Origin: the human T2T-CHM13v2.0 reference genome, Homo sapiens
Assembly: GCA_009914755.4 (NCBI GenBank)
Contig: CP068257.2
Span: 36,416,001-36,480,000, forward strand
Reading direction: 5' to 3'
DNA: 64,000 bases
Under the pieces are notes generated by a model. It was not told the origin of the DNA and made no database searches. It worked only from the letters and a program-made list of their open reading frames with translations. The position numbers were made by a program, and so were the translations under genes. Positions 53,616-64,000 of the stretch are shown here, one piece after another (positions within the stretch are counted from its first letter, which is position 1; every line of letters begins with the position of its first letter).

Positions 53616-54474
53616 TTATTCAGTTACTTATTTATATCAGTATGAACTCAGCATTATTTATTTTATTCTTTGGATAAGAATGCAATAATGCAATACTATA
53701 ACAATTTATTTTCCTGATCAAATTGTTTCAGCTTTGGCCGCTGGGAGCTCTTACAGGCTGGCTCGTGCCCCCTATTGCAAGCTTCTATTTCTTTTGTTTG
53801 ACTGCTTCTTTACTCTCTGGTACCACAAATCCTCTATGCTCGTCTTATATATTCTTTGCTCCAGCTTTGGAATTAACCAATACTTCAAAAGTCCTGTTTC
53901 CTTTTATTGCAAAGTCAAATTTAGAACCAAGATCTGGGCAATAGATGTGCTCATTGCTACTAGAATGTCATTTCCACTAGGTCATCTCAGCAGACAGAAC
54001 TAGGAAATGCATGTCATATGTACCAACCCATATGTATATATGTATCTATGTTTATTTCTGCATATATTTATCTGTTTATATATTTTAAGTAAACACAAGT
54101 TTGTATTGATACTTTGGACTCCAATTCAGCACCACATGGTTCACTCTAGCCTTCTTCCTTATTTGTAATGCCTTTCCCTGACTGTGAGAGCCTGACTCAC
54201 AGCATCTACCATACATTTCTTGTTTTGCTAACTCATAACCCAGAGACAAACAAATTTACCAAATAAAATACAGCATGGAGTATAGTTCTTGTTGTCTTTA
54301 GCCTTCCAGTATCGAGTCAAAACAGGGTTTCCAAAGATACCTAGGTCAGCTCTTTTGTCCCCCACCTGTCTCAGTGAGCCTTGGTGATTGATTAATTTCT
54401 GACACAGTTGGGTTTCTTTCTTACTGTCTGTGTTTCTTCTCAACTGCCCCCCCTTCCATTCAGCCAACATGCTG

Positions 54475-55863
<1,389 letters not shown>

Positions 55864-56710
55864 ATTATTTTTTCTTTTATAAATTGTGCTTTGGTATTAT
55901 ATTTAAATACTTTTTGTCTAACCAAAGGTCATTACAATTTGCTTCCATGTTCTCTTCTATAAGTTTTATAGTTCTACAATTTAAATAAGTCTATTATCAA
56001 CTTTGAGTTACTTTTTTTGTATAAAATATGAAGCATAGTTTAATATTCTTTTTAAAAATATAAATGAAATATTCACATGAATATGAAATTTTTTCATAAT
56101 TCCAGCACCATTTGTTGAAAATACTATTCTCTCTACATTGAATTAATTTTGTACCTTTGTCCAAAATTAATTGGCTATTCTTACGTGGATCTATTTCTGG
56201 GTTCTCATTTCTGTTTCATTGATATGTATGTCTGGCCTTTTAAAAATATTATATTATCTTAATTATTGTAGAGTCATCATAAGTCTTGAAATTTGGTGCT
56301 ATGAGTCTTCCAACATTTTTCTTCTTTTTCAAAATTGTTTTGGTTATTCTAGATACTGTGCTTTTCCATATATATTTAGAATGAGTTTTTCAGTAGCTAC
56401 CAAAAAAGCTTTCTTGGATTTTGATTGGGATTGCATTGAACCTATAGATCAAATTAAGGAGAACTGACATCTTAACAATATTAAGTATTCTAATTTTGAC
56501 CATGGCATATCTTTCCATTTAGTTAGATCTTGTTTGATTTATCAGAATTTTTATAGTTGTCAGCATGCAGATTCTACACACTAAACAAAAAAAAAGATTT
56601 ATACCTAAGTATTTCACTTTAGGAGCCACTGTAAATTTATTTTAAAAAAATTGGTTTCCAGTGGTTCGTTTCTAGTGTATATAAATTAATATTTGTATGT
56701 TGACCTTGTG
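55864..56710 (-). mobile_element. Ancient L1 (L1M-type), antisense, right portion (ORF2 region)
   Basis: ...ccagcaccatttgttgaaaatactattctctctacattgaattaattttgtacctttgtccaaaattaattggctattcttacgtggatctatttctgggttctcatttctgtttcattgatatgtatgtctggcc...cttccaacatttttcttctttttcaaaattgttttggttattctagatactgtgcttttccatatatatttagaatgag...gattttgattgggattgcattgaacctatagatcaaattaaggagaactgacatcttaacaatattaagtattctaattttgaccatggcatatctttccatttagttagatcttg... Confidence 0.75.
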
Positions 56711-57559
56711 TCCTGTGACTTGGATCAACTTGCTTACCAAATCTAGAAGCTTTCTTTTATTCCCTAGTTTCTTTTTTAGATTTTTGTATGTAGAGAATAA
56801 TATCTGTAGAGAATAATATCTATAACTAGAGACAGTTTTATTTCTTCTTTTCTAGTCTGTATGCTTTTTTTTTTTTTCTGCCATATTGCACAGACTAGGA
56901 ACCCAGAACAATGCTGGATACCAGGAGTGAGAGAACCTCCTTGACTTGTTGAAGATCTTAGGGGAAAAGATGGAAAGTCTTTCACTAATAGGTATAATTA
57001 TAATTAATTATTTCAATATCCTTTATTGGTTAAAGGCAGGTTCCTAGGTGATCACAAGTTTTTTTTTTCACGAATAGATCTTGACTTTTGTCAAATGCTT
57101 TTTCTGTTATCTATTGAATATATACATTTTTTTTTCCTTTTTAGTCTGTTAATATGTTAATTACACTGGCTGCTTTTTGAATGTTAAATCAGTCTGGTAG
57201 TTTTTGGAATAAACTCCACTTGGACATGATGTATTATATTTTTAATATATCGTTTGCTGAAAAAAAATATTGGTAGAATGCATTTATTGTTGGCAGTAAA
57301 GACCTCCATGTTCTTTAAAAGCCAAAGACCAGGGCCAGAGTACTGCTGGAAGCTAATCTCCTCCCTGGGAGCCACACAGATAAGGTTAACTGGAAGCAAA
57401 GGGCTCTGGAAGAGAGGAAGCCAGGGTGCCGCTGCTGCGCCCCGTTCCTGCCTGGCTTGGACGTATCTGGAACTGACCTCATTCTTTCACTATGGTGGAC
57501 AGAATTCTAAAGCTGTCTTTCTAAGATGTCGTCCCCTGGTTATATAATCAAGCGCTAAT

Positions 57560-58100
57560 CCAGGTAATGCTGTGAAGGGACTTTGCAACCCAAATTAAGG
57601 AGGCTAATCACCTGACCTGAAAATATGGCAATTATCTTGGGTTACTGAGTAGGTCCAATGTAATCACATTAGCTCTTAAAAGCAGAAGAGGAAGCCAGAG
57701 AGATGCAGCAGAAGGGCTGGTGGGACTGGAAACATGAGAACTTTGTCTGCCATTGCTAGTTTTGAAGATGAAGATGGAGGAAGGGACCACCGAGGAATGT
57801 GGGTGGGCTTTAGAAGCCGAGAACGATGCCCGCAAGGAAGCAAGCAAGGGAATGCACCCGGAACGACTTTGGAAGCAGATTTATTCCCCAAACCTCCAGG
57901 AAGGAACACAGCCCCACTAATACCTTGATTTTGGCCTATGAGACCCAGAGCAGAGAACAAGCTGAACCCCACTATGTGTGGACTTCTAACCTACAAAACT
58001 GTGAGATAATAGATAGACACTGTTTTAAGATGCTAAATTTGTGGCAATTTGTTAAGGCAGCAATAAAAAACGAATGCTTTGGCTTAGCAAACATATACGG
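57560..58100 (+). mobile_element. MaLR (MLT1-like) LTR remnant
   Basis: ...gaagccgagaacgatgcccgcaaggaagcaagcaagggaatgcacccggaacgactttggaagcagatttattccccaaacctccaggaaggaacacagccccactaataccttgattttggcctatgagacccagagcagagaacaagctgaaccccactatgtgtggacttctaacctacaaaactgtgagataatagatagacactgttttaagatgctaaatttgtggcaatttgttaaggcagcaataaaaaacgaatgc matches the MaLR 3'-end theme (...ccagaaggaacacagccctgccgacaccttgattttagcc...tgacctccagaactgtaagataataaatttgtgttgttttaagccactaagtttgtggtaatttgttacagcagc). Confidence 0.5.
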
Positions 58101-59267
58101 AAGACCTTCTATGTGTCAGGGACTGCCAGGTGCTGAAGATAAGGAGACTGGGAAGAAAAACGACCTCTTTATCTAAGGGGCGCACCAACCAGAGGGAGAC
58201 TATAACACCAAACAAAACATGGAGGTATTCCGTATATGTGCCGTAAAAGCAAAGCTTATCTTGGTTGCAAAGAATAAAAAGCAATTCTGGCTAACTTTAA
58301 ATAACAAAAGAAAAAAAAAGAGAGACTATGTGCTTTTAATTTTGAGAGCAAAGATACTGGAAGATTCTAGTAAATGAAGGAAACTTCAAACATGTCAGAT
58401 TTGGGGAAAGGACGACCAGTACATTCCCAGGAACCTTAGTCATAGAAGTTTGTAGACTTTCTGCTGGTTCTTTAACTCTGAACCCACAGTTCTTGGTCTT
58501 AATTTATCCTTTCCAAATTTAAAATTATAAGAGGGAAAAAGACAAGGCTTAGATTGGTCCTCTTCAAGGACGGCATCAATCTATTCATGAAGGATCCAAC
58601 CCTCCCCAGCCCAAACACCTCCCATTAGGCCCCACCTTAAAGACTAGTAATCAAATTTCGACATGAGGTTTAGAGGGGATAAATATCCAAACTATAGCAA
58701 GGGTAACCTGTTTTACTTAGAGTCCATTAAAAAAACATCTTCACAGCAACATGCAGCCTGGTGTTTGATCAAATTTCTGGGTAATGTGGACTAGGCAAGT
58801 TGACCCATAAAATTGAACATCACATCTTGTGGTACACATAACCCATGGGGTCTAGCTCTATGGGTCAGAGCCTCATCCCCAGAAAGAAGCCTCTTTATGG
58901 GCCTTAAAGTTAGTCAAACAGGTGCTCCCAAGACTGTCCAGTTGTCAGCCACACTTCAATTACCCCTACAATGAGGATGGTAATACTCATAGGATTTTTT
59001 TTGTGTAGCTTGGAAAAAGATTATGAGGATAAAATGATTTTGTTAACTGTTAAGTGATGTGCGTATGTGAAGTTGGCATTATGTATTTTAAATTAAGATT
59101 CAAGGAAAGTTGGCAAACTTTGAAATCTAGAATTTGTACTTGCTACTAAAAACGAGTAATTTTTAAGTGAGACGTCAGGAAACCCCAAAGCCTTTTCGTG
59201 ATTCCAAATGCTGTCAGAAACTCCTCAAAGCAAAACTCCACCATCTGCACTTTAAATTGAAAAGTGT

Positions 59268-59850
59268 GGCGAGTCCTCAGGGATCTAGAACTAGAAATAC
59301 CATTTGACCCAGCCATCCCATTACTGGGTATATACCCAAAGGACTATAAATCATGCTGCTATAAAGACACATGCACACATATGTTTATTGCGGCACTATT
59401 CACAATAGCAAAGACTTGGAACCAACCCAAATGTCCAACAATGATAGACTGGATTAAGAAAATGTGGCACATATACCCCATGGAATACTATGCAGCCATA
59501 AAAAATGATGAGTTCATGTCCTTTGTAGTGACATGGATGAAATTGGAAATCATCCTTCTCAGTAAACTATCGCAAGAACAAAAAACCAAACACCACATAT
59601 TCTCACTCATAGGTGGGAATTGAACAATGAGAACACATGGACACAGGAAGGGGAACATCACACTCTGGGGGCTGTTGTGGGGTCAGGGGAGAGGGGAGGG
59701 ATAGCATTAGGAGATACACCAAATGTTAAATGATGAGTTAATGGGTGCAGCACACCAGCATGGCACATGTATACATATGTAACTAACCTGCACATTGTGC
59801 ACATGTACCCTAAAACTTAAAGCATAATAAAATAAAATAAAATAAAAAGT
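59268..59850 (+). mobile_element. L1 3' end (young-looking L1PA-type): ORF2 C-terminal ~110 codons plus 3'UTR and A-rich tail, 5' truncated
   Basis: ctagaactagaaataccatttgacccagccatcccattactgggtatatacccaaaggactataaatcatgctgctataaagacacatgcacacatatgtttattgcggcactattcacaatagcaaagacttggaaccaacccaaatgtccaacaatgatagactggattaagaaaatgtggcacatataccccatggaatactatgcagccataaaaaatgatgagttcatgtcctttgtag...gggatagcattaggagatacaccaaatgttaaatgatgagttaatgggtgcagcacaccagcatggcacatgtatacatatgtaactaacctgcacattgtgcacatgtaccctaaaacttaaagcataataaaataaaat. ORF-track peptide 59264..59623 reads as L1 ORF2 C-terminus. Confidence 0.92.
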
Positions 59851-62800
59851 CATGAAGATATTAAAAATTTTTTTTAATAAAAGCACGATCCATATAAGGA
59901 AAAAAAAAAAAAAAAAAGAAAAGTGAAACTGCAATCATCCCTGTCTATCAGGAACAGCCAGGGGCTGATGAATTGCAACAGGATAGGGTTGTCCCAACCC
60001 CAAATGACAAAGACTCACTGCCCTGAAGGATAAAAGTGGGAAAAAACCTAAACAAAAATCACGAGTTGAGCCAGAGATGTTTGTGACCCAACAGAACATG
60101 GATTTTTCACGTTCTCTTGTGCTTTTCTGGTCTTTACTGGATGAAACATCAGAGCATCTATGCTGATTGTATTCTGACAAAACTATCAGAGGCCAGAGTG
60201 AGTCTTACAAATTTTGTGTATCTTATTGCTTCACAGTCAGTCCCTTCTTTATAGCATGGCTGAGTGCTGAACTTAGCCCCAACTTTTTAAAAATTAAAAT
60301 TGGTCAATATTGCAACCCTTTCCTAGCCCTTCTGTCTTCTGTCCCTCCCTCCCTTCTATCCTTCTTGCAGATGTAATTCAGGCAGAATTCTGACATTCAT
60401 GTATCAAACTTGCTGTTGCCGGCATCATTTTGCTTAGTGTTCATTATCATTTCTGAACGGTTCTATCAGGCAAAGGCGTCCTCGTTCTCCAAGCAAGGAA
60501 GCCCCAGCCAGACAGTTGTCAAGGCAACGGAAAATGCACACTGTGAACTACCAAGAAAAGGCCGTTTCTGGCTGCTAAGAGTTTTTGCACTCTTGAGGCT
60601 CAAACTTAATTTCTGGGCTTGGCAAAAAGAAGTATTTTATGGCTAATTATAAAATGTACCCAATGTTATTAGACTAGGGGATAGATGATTGCCTGCTAAA
60701 TGTGTTGTGAAAAATTAAAGCAGTTTTCAGAGCGGAGGGAGCTAAACTCAGTGTGCCCAAAGGATCGATCGCTTATTTTTGTCATTCTTTATAGCTGGAA
60801 TACAACAGTTGATTTGAGTCTCATTATCTATTTTGTTGTCTTAGGTGTTCAAAACAAGGTAGAAAGTGCACCGTCCATATTTAGACTTTTTTTGGTTGGC
60901 GGGGGTGATGGTTAGGGCAGCGTTTAAATAACATGTTTCTTGGTCCACATTAAGAGCCGTACATTACACTTAGCAGGTGAGACTATAAGATCAGAGTCTG
61001 TGGGCTAATTTCGTACATTAGCTGCTATCATTGTCTTCCACATCTATTTATTTATTTATTTTTGTCTTCTATTCTCTTCCCATGTACTTGCTTGTCAACA
61101 AACCCCAAATAAATGCCACATATTAAGTTAATAAAAGACATGGTAGTTAGGGATTGAAAGTGTCAGGGTGAAAACACTGGTATGACAATCTGCCTTCTTA
61201 ATAAGGTTGTTCTTTTGTAAACAATGTTTTAAAATCTAACTTTATATGAATGGTTGATTCAAAGCCTGGTGGCCAGTGTTACAGTGAATCTCCATTCACC
61301 GTAATGGAGATTCACTGTAATGGACTCAGTTAATCCAGTCGTTGAATAATCCATGTTAAGGCTTCACTTTTTTTCTTTTTGGGTGAGCCTCCACTCATTG
61401 AAAACAAGGTAAACTTAGACTGAGGTTGACATGATTGGGTATCTTTCCTCAGGATCTCCCCCTTAAGAAAGGAAAACTGAACCATCCTTTAGAAGAGGAA
61501 ATATGATTTACCTGAGGAAGAGGTAATATATTTCTTTCTACACTCAGCTGATTGATCATGGAATAAAACAGTATTTGTAGTCCTCTCTCAGGTAGAGAAG
61601 GCTCATGAAGTTGATCTCCTAAAAGAAAACAATGCTATGGAAACTAAGTATGTTTTAATGTTTAATGTGCATCGTATTTACTCATAGGTATTCAAACAAC
61701 ATCCCTCCCTTTAGCCTGAAATGTTCCCAGGATTGTATTTTATACACTAGGCACATTGATATAGGCAAAGGAATGGGGAAGGTAATTATCCAGCAATCAG
61801 ACATGTCAACCAGGCTTGTTTGGATAACTGACAGCGGTGAATCAGGTTCATCGCCTCTATTGCTTTGTGGGACTTTGTTTCTCTTTATAGCATTTCCACA
61901 TGTGTTGAAACAGGGCCTAAATGTAGGTGTTCAGGATATTAAAACTAGAGCTTTCTAAAAGGACTGAGTATAATTAACTCTTGACTTAAGTTCCTTCTTT
62001 AAATTTCATTTCTATCTGTGGTTTAGAGGCAGTGGGAGGCTGTGAAATGGAAAAATGGACCAAAATAAGAAACTGAAGTGAAATGAAATGACTGAAATCT
62101 GTTTCCCCATAGCCAGCTTTCTGGAGCGTTTCAGCAGCGCCAGTCATCCTTGCATACACTGAGTTTCTACTACATTCCAGGTGTTGTAAAATTTTCTTTG
62201 AGTGGGGTAGAAAGTAGGAGAATAAAAATCAAAGTGACGCCTGGTCCAGCTCTCAAAAACCTCAGATTCTAATCAAATGCAGATTCGGTCTGAATGTGCA
62301 TCATCAGAATGTACCAAGGGCCCCTATCAACGTGTATACAGTTTCCACAGGAACACAGAGGAGAGAGCAGCTATCTCTGCCTGGAGGAGTTGGGAAGGTT
62401 CCACTGAAGAGGTGGATCTTGAAGAATGGGTATGAGTTCAACATATAGAGAAATGGGATATGAGACTGAAAGAGCATTCCCAACAATGCACATGTGGCTG
62501 AGAGGAAGAGCTCGATGCATACGAGCAGTAGAGAGTTTTTTCACAAGGCAGGGGACTCAGGCCACTTGTATGGATGGAAAGGAAGGGACTTAAGAAAGGT
62601 TTTTAAGGCAGGAAGAGCTGGCTGTCTCCCCGAGACGCTTCTGATAAGCTGTGCTAAAGAGCTTGGCATTTAGCTCCTGGGTTACAGGGCCTCTGAAAGG
62701 TTTTAAGCAAATGACTACCCTGAAGAGACTCTGGTGGGTGGAAAGACAAAGCATGGATTGGAGTGAGAATTAAAGGTGGAGACAGGCTCAGGGATTAAGG

Positions 62801-64000
62801 GATGGTTCAAGGGAGATACACGGACCTGAACAAAGGTAGGGGGCATGGGGATGGAGATGAAAGGAAACCATCAGAAAAGAAGGGGCCAAGGAGGGAGGTT
62901 ATCTTGGCAGAAGAAAGACATTATTCATCTTGGTTGGTTGGAAATGTGGGTCTGGAGCTCATAAGACAGATCATGGATAGGGATATAGCTCAGGGTCTGG
63001 GGTCCTGACTCCCCCTAAGGGTCTTACCTCAGAGAGTGATGACTGAGCTTCTGGAGGTCTTGAATTTCCTGAAATTTATGTAAAATGGAAGGTGCATGTG
63101 TATACATTTCCTAGGGAATAAGTCAATAGCCTTCATCAGTTTCTCAAATGGTTGGAAAATGGAATATAGAACAGCACCAAAAAACACTGTCTTAAATGAG
63201 GATCTATCTACAGGGTGTTAAACGGAAGTGAGAGTAACCCAGTGAGCAATGGAGAGGAGAGAAGGTCCCGGCAGCCTTGAGGCCCCTTCCCCCTTAAGCT
63301 GAGCACTCAGTGTCACTCTTCTCAGCTCCATCTGACTGTCCCCATCTCTAATCTCTCCCCATATGTACTTCATATGAATCAAAGGAAATAACATAGAGAG
63401 CTTGTAAACTCTGAAATGCTCTGCAAGTGTTTAGTTATCATTTAAAAGATGAAATGAAATATGGCAACTCCATTTAAGCTTTTATTAGTTCTGCCCATCT
63501 CCATGGAAAATATCTGTGACATTCAAAATGCCTGTTGATGCTACATTCACTAATCTTTTTATTAATAAGTGAGCATGTAAAGTTCACACACCTCAGACAC
63601 TAAGATATGCTATCAGTACACATCGATGCCTTCCTCCTAATTCAGGGCTGGGTAGGATGGGCCTGAGACAACACAGATGGATGGCCAATGACTCAGAGGT
63701 GGAAAGTGGAATGCAACCCAGCAGTACTGTGCAGCGATGCAGTCAGATAGAAACAACATCTAACTTTTCAGTGCAGCTTAAATGATGTTGAATTAGCCAT
63801 GGTGTGGCGGCACGATTATGTCTCAACATCACTGTGCTAAATCTAAACCAGAAGGAAGCCCTGTGTGCAGAGAGCGATGGTAGCAAAAAGCTCTATTAAG
63901 ATTTGTTTCAGAACAGAAAAGAGTCAATATATACTATAAATTAAAAAAAAAATTGTCACCATTGTAGCCGATGTGAGAAATTTTGGCATGCTATTTATAG

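Noticed and set aside
59264-59623. 119-aa ORF (…DPAIPLLGIYPKDYKS…WIKKMWHIYPMEYYAAIKNDEFMSF…)
   Set aside because: It is the C-terminal remnant of L1 ORF2 inside a 5'-truncated L1 and is already annotated as part of a mobile element. It is not an independent gene.

Overview
This 64-kb window is primate (human-type) nuclear genomic DNA. It is AT-rich, gene-poor and dominated by interspersed repeats. It is not a prokaryotic or phage locus: there are no operon-like ORF runs and no CRISPR arrays, and I can support no rRNA or tRNA gene and no confident protein-coding exon. I recognise by eye 16 Alu SINEs (AluS/Y-like; 11 on the + strand, 5 on the - strand). There are several LINE-1 fragments, both ancient L1M/L1P-type pieces and one young-looking L1PA-type 3' end. 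There are three THE1/MST-type MaLR solo LTRs, other MaLR/ERVL-like LTR remnants, MIR-like SINE remnants, a hAT-type nonautonomous DNA transposon, several (CA)n, GA-rich and AT-rich microsatellites, a ~1.3-kb GGT/GAT-rich minisatellite and a ~0.7-kb TCTA/TCTC compound simple repeat. Every ORF in the supplied six-frame track sits inside a repeat, low-complexity DNA or an L1 ORF2 remnant. The longest one (346 aa, 27050..28090 on the - strand) is a stop-free reading of the triplet minisatellite, so I annotate no CDS. I find no evidence for a novel gene system. The items worth a second look are structural: the polymorphism-prone minisatellite, a microsatellite expansion inside an old LTR, a twin-priming-type inverted L1, an Alu with an internal 165-bp tandem duplication carrying a (GAA)n tract, a 39-bp inverted-repeat-bounded segment with a nested Alu and clear target-site duplication (TSD), an inverted pair of THE1-like LTRs, a perfect 16-bp hairpin and two CpG-retaining unique patches. 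All coordinates are approximate (±5-15 bp) because they were read by eye. Repeat-family names come from remembered consensus motifs, not from a database search.
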